From an uncultured Gemmatimonadales bacterium (GTDB taxonomy: Bacteria; Gemmatimonadota; Gemmatimonadetes; Longimicrobiales; Gaopeijiaceae): DNA of 64,000 nt. Below are positions 50,864 to 63,000 of the stretch, piece after piece; position 1 is the first letter of the stretch; every line of letters starts with the position of its first letter. The stretch lies in the NCBI GenBank assembly GCA_963809895.1, contig CAWELD010000003.1, forward strand, positions 448,001 to 512,000, written 5' to 3'. The notes under the pieces were generated by a model. That model had not been told where the DNA came from, made no database searches, and saw only the letters and a list, made by a program, of their open reading frames with translations. The translations under genes were made by a program, and so were the position numbers.

Positions 50864-52150
50864 ATGCTCGATGTGAGACGGCTCCGGGAGGATACCGACG
50901 AGGTCCTGGCGGCGCTCGGCCGCAGAGGCACGGACTTCGGGCCCCTGGTCCGGGAGCTCCTGGAGCGAGACGAGGATCGCCGGGACGCGCTCACCGAGGT
51001 CAACGACCTCAAGGCTCGCCGCAACTCGGTCAGCAAAGAGGTGGGTGCTCGCAAACGTGCCGGTGAGGACGCCGCCGAGCTCATCGCGGAGATGCGAAGG
51101 GTCGGGGAGACCATCGATACGCTCGACGCACGGGTGTCCGCGGCCGAAGCGCGTATCGAGGAGATCCTCCTGGAGCTTCCCAACACCCCGCTGGACGAGG
51201 TGCCCGCGGGTGGCGAGGACCAGAACCAGGTCGTGTCCGTGTGGGGCGACGCACCCACCTTCGGCTTCGAGCCGCGGCCGCATTGGGAGCTGGGCGAGGC
51301 CCTGGAGATCCTGGACCTTCCACGCGGCGCCAAGGTCTCGGGATCGGGCTTCCCGGTGCTCAAGGGCGCCGGCGCGCGCCTGCAGCGCATCCTCATCGAT
51401 TTCTTCCTGGACCACCACGCCAGCGAGCACGGGTACCAGGAGTTGCGGGTCCCGTATCTGGTGACCCGCGAGACGCTTACGGGCACCGGCCAGTTGCCCA
51501 AGTTCGCCGACGAATCGTACCTGACCGAGCGCGACGACCTGTGGCTGATTCCCACGGCCGAGGTGCCGGTGACCAACCTGCATCGCGACGAGTTGCTGAG
51601 CTGGGAGGACCTTCCCCTGCGCTACACGGCCTATTCGCCCTGCTTTCGCAGAGAGGCGGGGGCTGCGGGCAAGGACACCCGGGGACTCCTGCGGGTGCAT
51701 CAGTTCGACAAGGTGGAGTTGGTCCGTTTCGAGACACCCGCGGCCAGCCGGGACGCGTTGGAGGAGCTGACGCGCCACGCCGAGGGTCTGCTGGAGCTCC
51801 TCGGGCTCCACTATCGCCGGGTGCTGCTGGCCACCGGTGACCTGGGCTTCTCGTCGGCACTCACCTTCGATCTGGAGGTCTGGGCGCCGGGCGTCGAGCA
51901 GTGGCTCGAGGTGTCGAGCTGTTCGGTGTTCACCGACTATCAGGCCCGGCGCGCGAACCTGAGGTTCCGTCCGGCGGCCGGTGAACGCCCCGAGTTCGTG
52001 CACACGCTGAACGGATCCGCGCTGGCGTTGCCGCGGGTCGTGGCGGCGTTGCTCGAGACGGGACAGCAGGCAGACGGTTCGGTGGTGCTTCCGGACGTGC
52101 TCCACGCCCGCTTCGGACGCGATCGCATCGCGCCGCCGGCCGGAGCTTGA
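50864..52150 (+). CDS. serS: Serine--tRNA ligase
   Basis: TGQLPKF, LIPTAEVP, FRREAGAAGKDTRGLLRVHQFDKVE, EVSSCS, HTLNGSALA. Confidence 0.98.
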   Translation: MLDVRRLREDTDEVLAALGRRGTDFGPLVRELLERDEDRRDALTEVNDLKARRNSVSKEVGARKRAGEDAAELIAEMRRVGETIDTLDARVSAAEARIEEILLELPNTPLDEVPAGGEDQNQVVSVWGDAPTFGFEPRPHWELGEALEILDLPRGAKVSGSGFPVLKGAGARLQRILIDFFLDHHASEHGYQELRVPYLVTRETLTGTGQLPKFADESYLTERDDLWLIPTAEVPVTNLHRDELLSWEDLPLRYTAYSPCFRREAGAAGKDTRGLLRVHQFDKVELVRFETPAASRDALEELTRHAEGLLELLGLHYRRVLLATGDLGFSSALTFDLEVWAPGVEQWLEVSSCSVFTDYQARRANLRFRPAAGERPEFVHTLNGSALALPRVVAALLETGQQADGSVVLPDVLHARFGRDRIAPPAGA

Positions 52151-52224
52151 CGATGAGCGGGCGGGGTCCTCGCCCGCGCCCCGAGGCGCGTTGCGGCACG
52201 TCGCTGCCCGCGGGGCGGTGACGA

Positions 52225-53400
52225 ATGCGCCGGTTCACCTCGCCGGTCGCGCTGGCCACGCTCTTCGTGGTGCTCCTGGGGTGGTACCTCCTGTATACCC
52301 AGAGCATCAAGCGTGTCCTCGAGGCCGACGCCGAGACGCTCACCCAGGTCGTCGCCGAGATTCAGGCGGCGCTGGCGGACCAGGACCCGAGCCGCGCCGA
52401 AGACGCGCTGTGGGGGATCCAACAGATCGTCATCACTCGCGGCGTTCCCATCGTGGTGATGGGAGCGAACGACACGGTGCAGGCCGTGGAGAATCTGCCC
52501 TTCGAGGTGGACATCGCGACGCTGGAGGGCCAGGACCGGGTCCGCGAGTACGTGCGGCGAGAGCTGAAGAATCCCCCGGTGGGCGATCCCAACGCCCAGC
52601 ACCTCCACTTCGGCGACACCCCGGAGATCACGCGCTTGAGCTGGATTCCGTGGCTCCAGGTGGGGGGATTGCTGCTCACCGTGCTCGTGGGCTTCACCGT
52701 GATCCGCTACCAGCGTCGGGCCGAGAGCGAGCGCGCCTGGACGTCCATGGCCCGTGAGTTGGCGCATCAGCTGGGCACGCCATTGTCGTCGCTGCAGGGG
52801 TGGCTGGAGGTGCTGCGTCTGCCGCCGGACGAGCGGCCCGGTGACCTGGGTCAGGCAGAGATCGCGGGGGCCCTGGAGGAGGACGTGGTCCGCCTCGAAC
52901 GCATCAGCCACCGCTTCGAGCTCATCGGCCGGGAGCCCGAGCTGGAGCGCCTGTCGTTGGGAGAGGTGGTGGGGGAGCTCGAACGCTACCTTCAGTCCCG
53001 CATGCCCCGCTTCGGACCCGGCGTGCGGCTCAGCGTGGACGTTCCGGCCGACATTCCGGCGATTCGCGGCAATCAGGTGCTGTTGGCGTGGGCTCTGGAG
53101 AACGTGGTGAAGAACGCCCTGGACGCGCTGGCCGGCACCGGCGGCCGCATCGAGATCCGCGCGCGCCGGGGAGAGGGCGACTGGGTGGTGCTCCGGATCC
53201 GGGACTCGGGACCTGGCGTGGATCTGGAGATCCGGGACCGGATCTTCGAGCCCGGAGTGACCACCAAGTCCGGCGGCTGGGGTGTCGGCCTGGCGCTCTC
53301 GCGGCGCATCGTCGAGGGCGTGCACAAAGGTCGCATCGAGCTCTTGGACGGGCGCCCGCGGGGCGCGACCTTTGAGATCCGGCTGCCCGCGGCATCCTGA
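52225..53400 (+). CDS. Two-TM sensor histidine kinase
   Basis: MARELAHQLGTPLSSL, ENVVKNALDA, DSGPG, TTKSGGWGVGL. Confidence 0.92.
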   Translation: MRRFTSPVALATLFVVLLGWYLLYTQSIKRVLEADAETLTQVVAEIQAALADQDPSRAEDALWGIQQIVITRGVPIVVMGANDTVQAVENLPFEVDIATLEGQDRVREYVRRELKNPPVGDPNAQHLHFGDTPEITRLSWIPWLQVGGLLLTVLVGFTVIRYQRRAESERAWTSMARELAHQLGTPLSSLQGWLEVLRLPPDERPGDLGQAEIAGALEEDVVRLERISHRFELIGREPELERLSLGEVVGELERYLQSRMPRFGPGVRLSVDVPADIPAIRGNQVLLAWALENVVKNALDALAGTGGRIEIRARRGEGDWVVLRIRDSGPGVDLEIRDRIFEPGVTTKSGGWGVGLALSRRIVEGVHKGRIELLDGRPRGATFEIRLPAAS

Positions 53401-53434
53401 ATTCGCACGACGCACGACCCACACCGGCCAAGAC

Positions 53435-55720
<2,286 letters not shown>

Positions 55721-55774
55721 GGGAGTGCGCGGGCCCCGCCGACTGACCCGCCGTCGTTCAGCAACCTGACGTGG

Positions 55775-56770
55775 TCAGGACGACGGTGAACCGAAGGGAC
55801 CTTCCAACTCCGGCGCGTGGTCGCTCCCCGGCTCCGTGGCCTCTGCCTGCAGGCGCGGGCTACCCGTCCCGTTCGAATCGACCTGGGGCCAGTAGGTCAG
55901 GGGTCGGTCCGGTAGCGGGAAGAACTGATCCGCCATCTCGTCCAGCAACGCCGGCTCTGCCGCGGCGCCGTCGGCCATGGCCAGGCGTCGCACCTTCTTG
56001 GCCAGACGGAGGTTCAGGTCGCCCACGGGGTCCAGGGCCGCAGGCGTGGAGTCGGATCGATTGCGCAGATAGTCCACGATCCCGTCGAAGGACAGAGCCA
56101 GGTAGCGCTCCACCAGGTCGTCGGCCAGGTCGAAGCGTGACTTGCGCAGGATCTGCTCGAAGATCTGCTTCCAGCGGTCGTCGTCCTGGAAGCGGATCAT
56201 CCCCCGGAAGATCCGCCGGTTGGTGCGGAAGCTGAAGATCGTGGAGCTGAGCACGCGGTCGAAGAGGGCGTCGGCGTCGCTGTGGTCGTAGTCGGTGACG
56301 ATGCGGCGGGCGAGGCCCAGGTAGCTTTCGCCCACGTGCACGTCCATGCGGTGCTCCCAGTACGTGTGACCCACTGCGGCGGTGGTGCTGGTGAGGAGGA
56401 GCTGCCGAGGCACGTAGAGGTTGTGCGCCACGGTGTCGGCGGCCAGGTGGGCGAGGTAGCCGTACCCCACCGCCGCCAGCTGCTCGCCGTCCGCCGCCTG
56501 CAGGATTTCCTCGCCCACGTGCCAGTTGTGGCAGTGGCGACCCTCGGGAACGTACTTCTTGGCGAAGGAGATGTCCGCGGCCACGGATCCGTACAGGAAG
56601 TGGATCGGGAAGCGCTCCAACAGGGCACGGACCGCGGGCGGCAGCAGATAGAGGGAGCCCAGCACGAGCTCGCCCAGCGCCACGTGGGTGCCCGGCCCCC
56701 ATGCCAGCAGCGGCTCGGGGATGAGCAACCAGGCGGCGACGACGAGCAGGAGGCCGGCGCCGAGCTTCAT
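55775..56770 (-). CDS. Zinc-dependent phospholipase C / S1-P1 nuclease family protein
   Basis: Signal peptide followed by WGPGTH; GYLAHLAADTVAH; HTYWE zinc-ligand pattern. Confidence 0.82.
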   Translation of the reverse strand: MKLGAGLLLVVAAWLLIPEPLLAWGPGTHVALGELVLGSLYLLPPAVRALLERFPIHFLYGSVAADISFAKKYVPEGRHCHNWHVGEEILQAADGEQLAAVGYGYLAHLAADTVAHNLYVPRQLLLTSTTAAVGHTYWEHRMDVHVGESYLGLARRIVTDYDHSDADALFDRVLSSTIFSFRTNRRIFRGMIRFQDDDRWKQIFEQILRKSRFDLADDLVERYLALSFDGIVDYLRNRSDSTPAALDPVGDLNLRLAKKVRRLAMADGAAAEPALLDEMADQFFPLPDRPLTYWPQVDSNGTGSPRLQAEATEPGSDHAPELEGPFGSPSS

Positions 56771-56774
56771 GCGC

Positions 56775-57296
56775 TCAGTCCTCGATCGGCTTACCCGGCG
56801 GCTGGATCCGCGCTTCCTCGCCGGGCTCGGCCAACGTGCGTGCGCCGGCGCGGATGCCGCGCACCGCGGAGGCCGTGTCGATGAAGACATCCTCCGCCTC
56901 GGATTGGACCACTTCCATGAGGGCGTTGAACTCGTCGATGCGTTCCTCCATGTGGTCCGAGGCCTGTTGCAATCGGGCCGAGAGCGCCTTGATGGATTCG
57001 TTGAGGCGCTCTACGTCGGTGCGTAGCGCAGCCGTGATGAACTCGAGGTTCGCGGCCACACCTCGGGACCGATCCAGGACCGGGGCCACGTTCTTCTCCA
57101 CGGCACGCGCGGTGTCCCGCAGGCCCCGACCCACCTTCCGGATCTGGAAGAGGAGGACCACGACCACGACGACCGTGACCACGGCGAGGGCACCCAGGGC
57201 CACGATGGCCACATCCGCCGCCACGGCCAGGCCGGATGGCGGAATCGCATCGGTGGCCTGGAGAATCGCCGTCGAAGGGAGCTCGGACGCGTACAT
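56775..57296 (-). CDS. TM plus coiled-coil protein (DUF948-like)
   Basis: One long hydrophobic helix followed by a heptad-rich helical region. Confidence 0.7.
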   Translation of the reverse strand: MYASELPSTAILQATDAIPPSGLAVAADVAIVALGALAVVTVVVVVVLLFQIRKVGRGLRDTARAVEKNVAPVLDRSRGVAANLEFITAALRTDVERLNESIKALSARLQQASDHMEERIDEFNALMEVVQSEAEDVFIDTASAVRGIRAGARTLAEPGEEARIQPPGKPIED

Positions 57297-57320
57297 GGAA
57301 GAAACCTAGATGAGGCGTGC

Positions 57321-57983
57321 TCAGAGAGCCAGATCGAGGCCCGGCGTCCAGCGTCTCAGCTTGGGGATCAGCGGCGGGCGCATCTCGGGCATTCCCCGTC
57401 GCAGGGCACGGTCCAGCTCGCGTCGCAGGTCGTCGGGGAGCGCGGCCAGGGCGTCGCTCAGGGGACGCTGCCCTTCCAGGAATTTCCCGAGAGCCTCGTC
57501 TACCGCGCGCAGTGTGTCGAGGTCGCGGCCTCGGAGCGGCGCGGGCATGCTGACGCCCCCGGCCCACACCGCCACTTCGGATCCGTACAGGTCTCCCAGC
57601 GGAAGGGTCCGCGCCCGGGCGCCCTCCAGCACCAGGTGGGTGCGGGTCGTGGTGCCCAGGACGAGGAGCGCTCCGGCACCGGCCAGGGCTCGGGCGGCCG
57701 CTGCCCGCGCCAGGGTTCGAGCGCCGGCGGACGGCTCGACGACTCCGGCCTGCTCCCCGCTCGGATCCAGCGTGGCGAACACGTCGGAGAGGCGGCTCAC
57801 CAGGGCCCGGTCGGGCTCCTCGACAGGCACGCCCGCTTCCTGGAGCCAACGGGTGAGGAGCCGGGCCTCGGGGCTGGCGCCGTCGTCCAGGACGCAGCCC
57901 CGCAGCTCTCGGACGCGCAGGGCCTCCGAGACGACGCCGCACACCACGTCCCGGACCCTCTCCTCGGCCGCTGTCAGGCTCAC
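57321..57983 (-). CDS. Degenerate NAD+-synthetase (NadE)-like protein, 220 aa
   Basis: GTG overlaps the nitrilase stop. Residual NadE motifs LVLGTTTRTH, PLGDLYGSEV, RPPLIPKL; no SGGxDS. Confidence 0.6.
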   Translation of the reverse strand: MSLTAAEERVRDVVCGVVSEALRVRELRGCVLDDGASPEARLLTRWLQEAGVPVEEPDRALVSRLSDVFATLDPSGEQAGVVEPSAGARTLARAAAARALAGAGALLVLGTTTRTHLVLEGARARTLPLGDLYGSEVAVWAGGVSMPAPLRGRDLDTLRAVDEALGKFLEGQRPLSDALAALPDDLRRELDRALRRGMPEMRPPLIPKLRRWTPGLDLAL

Positions 57984-58864
57984 GGTACCGGGGTGCCGAG
58001 GATGCGTTCGATCTCGCGGGCCACGAGCCCCGGGTCCTCGTCTCGCAGGTGGCTGTAGGGCGTACGGGCCCGCCGCACGGCATCGGCTTCGAGAGTCACG
58101 CGCAGCCGGTCCACGCCCGTCGAAGCTCGCGTCATCACCACGCCGTCGGGCGCCACCACCAGGGATTCGCCGGCGAAGGTGACACCGCCTTCGACCCCAG
58201 CGCGGTTGCACAGGACCACGTAGACGCCGTGGGTGAGCGCCGTGGTGCGGGCCAGCAGCGACCACGCCTCGGTGGAGGCGAAGGGAGCGCCCGAGGTCCC
58301 CTCCAACACGCCCCGGCCGGGTCCTGCGGCCACCACCACCAGGACCGCCGCACCCTGGAGGGCGGCCAGGTAGGGAAGGGATGGATGCCACAGCTCTTCG
58401 CACACGAGGAGGGCGGTGGGCCACCCGGGGGCCACCTCGAAGACGCGGGGGCCCCGGTCGCCGGGCGCGAAGACCCGGCCTTCGTCGAACATGCCGTAGG
58501 TGGGCAGGTAGCGCTTGCGGTGGCGGTGCAGACGCTGCTCGCCCCGCCACGCGGCGGCCACGTTGAAGACGCGCCCGTCCTGGTCCCGTTCGGGATAGCC
58601 CACGACCGCCACCGGGCCTTCGGGACCCGTGAAGGGAAGAGCCGCCCCGTCGGACACAGCGAGCTCGGCGGCCCATCGCCCCAGGTCGTAGCCCGTCAGG
58701 CACAGCTCGGGAAAGACCACCAGATCGGTACCTTCGTCCGCCGCCTGTCGCAGAGCCTCCGTGACGACGGCGACGTTGGCATCCATCTCGAGGCGCCGGG
58801 GCGCCGTCTGCTCCACGACCACACGCAGCGCCGAGGGGGGCGCCGATGTTCGATCGGTGGTCAC
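57980..58864 (-). CDS. Nitrilase-family carbon-nitrogen hydrolase, similar to the glutaminase domain of Gln-dependent NadE
   Basis: E-K-C triad: FPELCLTGY, HRKRYLPTYGMFDEGR, VCEELWH; NRAGVEGGVTFAGES. Confidence 0.9.
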   Translation of the reverse strand: MTTDRTSAPPSALRVVVEQTAPRRLEMDANVAVVTEALRQAADEGTDLVVFPELCLTGYDLGRWAAELAVSDGAALPFTGPEGPVAVVGYPERDQDGRVFNVAAAWRGEQRLHRHRKRYLPTYGMFDEGRVFAPGDRGPRVFEVAPGWPTALLVCEELWHPSLPYLAALQGAAVLVVVAAGPGRGVLEGTSGAPFASTEAWSLLARTTALTHGVYVVLCNRAGVEGGVTFAGESLVVAPDGVVMTRASTGVDRLRVTLEADAVRRARTPYSHLRDEDPGLVAREIERILGTPVP

Positions 58865-60201
58865 GGAGCCTCTTCCTGCTCCGAGGGTGGCGGGGCCGGT
58901 TCGTGGCGCTTCATGGCCTCCACTCGGGCCCGGTGGTCGTCACCCTCCTGGATCGCCTGCTCCACCCGCGGCGAAATCTCGCCGGCCCGGCGCAGGACCT
59001 GAACCGTGAAGAGGGGGCCCACCAACTCCGACAGAATCACGCCCAGGACCACCACGGCATACAGCACCTCGACGCCCGCCACACCGTTCACGCGCACGGT
59101 GCCGGCGCCCAGGGTCAGGGTGAAGGCGAGGGCCATGGCCAGCGAGATCCCGCCCTGCGGCAGGAGTCCCAGCCCGAAGCGCCGAGGCGTGGAGAAGGGC
59201 AGGGGGACCACGCTGACCAGCGCCGCGTTGCCCACGACCTTGCCCGCCGCCCGCAGGAGGGCGTAGCCCAGCGCCAGCGGAGCGATCCACCAGGTGGGAA
59301 AGCTCAGATAGACGCCGGCCAGAAGCAGGAGGATGACGTAGATGGGCTTTTCCCAGCGCTCCAGATTGCGGTTGATGCGGGCCTGCTCCCGTGTTGGCGC
59401 CAGGTTGGCGACCACCGCGCCCATGACGGCGGAGGTGAAGAGGGGAGACATCTGGAGCTGGAGCGCCGCGCCTGCGGCCAGCGCCGAGATCCCCAGGAGA
59501 TACAGCACGAGCTCCTCGCGTCCGGGACGGAGGCGGACCAGCCAGAGGAAGACGATGCCGCACACCAGTCCCAGGCCGACGCCGGCGAAGATCCAGAACA
59601 CCCATCCGCCGGTCACGGAGTCCGCCATCGCGCCCGTGCCGTGGAAGACGGCGTAGATGACCTGAAGAGCCACGATCCCCACGAAGCCGTCCAGCGAAGC
59701 CACGAAGAACAGCAGCTGCCGTACATTGCCCCGCACCAGGAAGTTGGCCGACACCATGGCGATGCCGGCGGGCGTCGAGATGGCGGCGGTGGCCGCGGCG
59801 CCCAACAAGAGCGCCTGGGCCGAAGGGCCCTCGAAGCCCGCCATCTTCAGCGCGGCGCCACCGGCCACCACGAAGAGGGCGAAGGTGAGCAGCGCCTGTC
59901 CCACGGCCACCGCGAAGAACGACCAAGGGAAGCGGCTGAGCACGGCCCGGTCCATCTGCATCCCGAAGTGGAGGCCCACCCATCCCAGGCCCACACCCAG
60001 CAGAGGCTGGAGTTGCGCCACCGCCTCCCGGCTCATGAGACCCAGGACCACGGGGCCCAGGAGGAAGCCCAGCAGGAGGAAATGGGCGCCCGTGCGGAAG
60101 AGCAGGCGGGGCCCGGCCGGCACGCGCTGCGTGGAGAACGACACCCGGGCGCCCAGGAGCGCCAGGAGGATCAGTGCGAGGGTGGCGAGAAGCGGATCCA
60201 T
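58861..60201 (-). CDS. Cation:proton antiporter family membrane protein
   Basis: About 12-13 TM; FLLLGFLLGP, GLGLLPQGGISLAMAL, ELVGPLF. Confidence 0.82.
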   Translation of the reverse strand: MDPLLATLALILLALLGARVSFSTQRVPAGPRLLFRTGAHFLLLGFLLGPVVLGLMSREAVAQLQPLLGVGLGWVGLHFGMQMDRAVLSRFPWSFFAVAVGQALLTFALFVVAGGAALKMAGFEGPSAQALLLGAAATAAISTPAGIAMVSANFLVRGNVRQLLFFVASLDGFVGIVALQVIYAVFHGTGAMADSVTGGWVFWIFAGVGLGLVCGIVFLWLVRLRPGREELVLYLLGISALAAGAALQLQMSPLFTSAVMGAVVANLAPTREQARINRNLERWEKPIYVILLLLAGVYLSFPTWWIAPLALGYALLRAAGKVVGNAALVSVVPLPFSTPRRFGLGLLPQGGISLAMALAFTLTLGAGTVRVNGVAGVEVLYAVVVLGVILSELVGPLFTVQVLRRAGEISPRVEQAIQEGDDHRARVEAMKRHEPAPPPSEQEEAP

Positions 60202-60235
60202 GGGGAACCGTGGGCCGCGGGGAAGACCCCGGCCT

Positions 60236-60583
60236 TCAGACGGACTCGCCCAGCTCGGGCGCCAGTCCTACGACTCGGGTCACGGGGATGGCGAAGGCGA
60301 TTCCCGTCGCCGGATCTTCCAGGTTTCCGGCCACGTCCTGGAGGAGGGCGAAGGCGGCGGCGACCTTGTCGTCGGCCACCACCGAGAAGATCGTCCGGTT
60401 CTGGGGACGGGAGCCGGAGATGAGGGTCTGCAGTCCCGCGAAGATGGGAATGTCGTGGGACAGCAGGCGTCCCATCCCCTCGCTGTTGATGATGGTGGCG
60501 CCCGTGATCCCCAGCTCCAGGTAGCCGGAGAGGATCTCGTCCACCCTTTCGGGATCGTTCACCACGGCGATGAGGAGCTGCAT
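60236..60583 (-). CDS. PII-like signal transduction protein
   Basis: GITGATIINSEGMG and ATGIAFAIPV...VGL; 115 aa; no canonical YRGAEY T-loop. Confidence 0.8.
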   Translation of the reverse strand: MQLLIAVVNDPERVDEILSGYLELGITGATIINSEGMGRLLSHDIPIFAGLQTLISGSRPQNRTIFSVVADDKVAAAFALLQDVAGNLEDPATGIAFAIPVTRVVGLAPELGESV

Positions 60584-60585
60584 GG

Positions 60586-61050
60586 CTAGACGTGCTGCTC
60601 GTCGACGTGGCGAATGGCCGCCACCGCTTCGTCGCCCGAGTTGGCGCTGGACAGCTCCTCGACGAAGCCCGGGTGCCGGACCAGGCGGCAGATGCGCGCC
60701 AGGAGCTTGATGTGCTCGCGCTCGCGGCCCGGCGGCGACAGGAGCACGAAGAAGACCCGGACCGGCTCGGTGTCATCGGGCCCGAACTGCACGGGCTCGG
60801 GTGCGAGCGCCACCATGAGCACCGGCCCCGCGAGCCCGGGGATGGTCGCATGGGGAAGCGCCATGCCGTGGCCCATGGCGGTCGTGTGGGCATGCTCGCG
60901 CTCCACCAGCGCCGCCTCGACCTCTGCGGCCGAGTCGACGATGCCCCGAGAGGCCAGGTGGCGGGCCAGAGCGGCCAGCACACCGTCGGTGTCGGGTGCG
61001 GTCAGGCCCGTGAGGACCAGATCGGCGCGGAGGTACTTGTCGAGTCGCAT
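60586..61050 (-). CDS. PTS EIIA (Fru/Ntr type) protein
   Basis: [19 protein letters not shown] (phospho-His), [18 protein letters not shown]. Confidence 0.9.
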   Translation of the reverse strand: MRLDKYLRADLVLTGLTAPDTDGVLAALARHLASRGIVDSAAEVEAALVEREHAHTTAMGHGMALPHATIPGLAGPVLMVALAPEPVQFGPDDTEPVRVFFVLLSPPGREREHIKLLARICRLVRHPGFVEELSSANSGDEAVAAIRHVDEQHV

Positions 61051-61255
61051 GTCCGCGGGCGGGAAGGGAGCGCGCTCACAACGGAGGGATCCTGATCGTA
61101 GACGGGCCCGCGTCGAGGTGTCAAGACGCCGTGGGGTGCCCCGGCACGCAGGTTGCTGCATGGGCAGGCGCCCGGATAAGTTCCGGCCCGGCGCACGTTC
61201 CGGGGGCCTTTCCGCCCCACCGCCGGCTCCTGCACTCTCTCACGCGCTCATCCGC

Positions 61256-62542
61256 ATGTCGACCTTCATCGTCGAAGGCGGGCGGCCCCTCCGAGGCCGC
61301 ATCCGTCCTGCCGGGAACAAGAACGCCGCCCTGCCGTGCCTGGCGGCCACCCTCCTCACCGCAGAGCCCGTAACCCTCGAGAACGTCCCCCGCATCCGTG
61401 ACGTGGAGACGCTGGTCGAGATCCTGGGCTCGTTGGGCGCGGAGGTGGTGTGGGAGGCGCAGAACACGGTCACGGTCGATGCGTCCGGCGTGGAGGTGGG
61501 GCGAGTGGATCGGGACATGGCCGCTCGCATCCGGGCGTCTCTGCTCCTGGCGGGTCCCCTGCTGGCCCGCTTCGGTGAGGTGCGGCTGCCCCCTCCAGGC
61601 GGCGACATCATCGGACGGCGCCGCATGGACACCCACTTCCTGGCCTTCGAGGCTCTCGGCGCCCGCGTGGAGTTGGACGGCGATTTCCGCATCTACGCCT
61701 CCGGCCTGGAGGGCACGGACATCTTTCTCGACGAGCCTTCGGTGACCGGCACCGAAAACGCGCTCATGGCGGCCGTGCGGGCCCGGGGCGTCACGCTCTT
61801 CCGCAACGCCGCGGCGGAGCCCCACGTCCAGGACCTGTGCCACCTCCTCAACGCCATGGGCGCCGACATCGAAGGAATCGGCACGGGGCGGTTGACGGTC
61901 CGGGGTGTCGACGACCTGCACGGCGCCCACTACCGCATCGGTGCCGACCACATCGAGACCGGCTCCTTCATCGGTCTGGCGGCGGTCACCTCCAGTGAGC
62001 TGGTGATCGAGGATGCGCCGCTGGCCCACCTCGACTCCACGCTCCTGGGCTTTCGCCGCCTGGGCGTGGAGTGCTCCGTGGAGGGCGGTGACCTGAGGGT
62101 CCACGGAGACCGGGAGCACGTCATCCGCCACGACGCCTTCGGAGCGGTATCGAAGATCGACGACGGCCCCTGGCCCCAGTTCCCGGCCGACCTCACCTCC
62201 ATCGCGCTGGTGACGGCGACCCGCTGTCGCGGCACGATCCTGATCCACGAGAAGATGTTCGAATCGCGCATGTTCTTCACGGACAAGCTCGTGTCCATGG
62301 GAGCCCGCATCATCCTGTGCGATCCACACCGGGCGGTGGTGGTGGGTCCGTCGGAGCTGCGCGGGGGGACCGTCGAGAGTCCCGACATCCGCGCGGGCAT
62401 GGCGCTGCTCATCGCGGCGCTCGGTGCCGAGGGCACGAGCGTAATCCACAACATCCGCCAGATCGAGCGGGGATACGAGCGCATCGACGAGCGCCTGCGG
62501 GGGCTGGGTGCGAGCATCGAGCGGGGCCGGGAAGGGGGCTGA
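61256..62542 (+). CDS. murA: UDP-N-acetylglucosamine 1-carboxyvinyltransferase
   Basis: [52 protein letters not shown]. Confidence 0.96.
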   Translation: MSTFIVEGGRPLRGRIRPAGNKNAALPCLAATLLTAEPVTLENVPRIRDVETLVEILGSLGAEVVWEAQNTVTVDASGVEVGRVDRDMAARIRASLLLAGPLLARFGEVRLPPPGGDIIGRRRMDTHFLAFEALGARVELDGDFRIYASGLEGTDIFLDEPSVTGTENALMAAVRARGVTLFRNAAAEPHVQDLCHLLNAMGADIEGIGTGRLTVRGVDDLHGAHYRIGADHIETGSFIGLAAVTSSELVIEDAPLAHLDSTLLGFRRLGVECSVEGGDLRVHGDREHVIRHDAFGAVSKIDDGPWPQFPADLTSIALVTATRCRGTILIHEKMFESRMFFTDKLVSMGARIILCDPHRAVVVGPSELRGGTVESPDIRAGMALLIAALGAEGTSVIHNIRQIERGYERIDERLRGLGASIERGREGG

Positions 62543-62629
62543 TCGAGGGGGAGTTCGGGTGGGCGCGCCGGTTTCGCGGCGCCGGGGTGGGGTGACCCGG
62601 ACGCTCGGTGGAGCCCTCTCTACGATCGT

Positions 62630-63000
62630 CCTCCCCGGGGTGGCCAGCAGGGCCCCGCCGAGCGTCACCAGCACCGCCTGGGCTGGCGGGTGAGCCGCTT
62701 CCAGGTCGCCCGCATCGCGCGAATCCCCCGGGCCGCCAGGTCTGCGTCTCGTTGGCGGTCGCGCTCGAACTCGCGCCTCGACGCGGGGAAGGCGTGGCGG
62801 TCGATCGCGGCGGCCTTCTCCAGGGCGAGCGGGCGAAGCTCGGCGGCCAGGTCGTAGATCGTCCAATGTCGAGTCCGCAAGCGCCAGGCCGGTGAAGTCA
62901 GCACGTCGGGTGTCCGACTCCACGCCGTGCCGTCTCCACGACCCCCGATCGGCATCGAAGATCGGGCAGCCGATCGGGCGATCACATGCCGCGTTCGGCC
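62630..63000 (-). pseudogene. Remnant of an AbiEi-antitoxin/DUF559-type gene
   Basis: Fragments in shifting frames: IARSAA / RRHGVES, TIYDLAAELRPLALEKA, HAFPASRREFERDRQRDADLAARGIRAMRATWKRL, AVLVTLGGAL. Confidence 0.6.
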
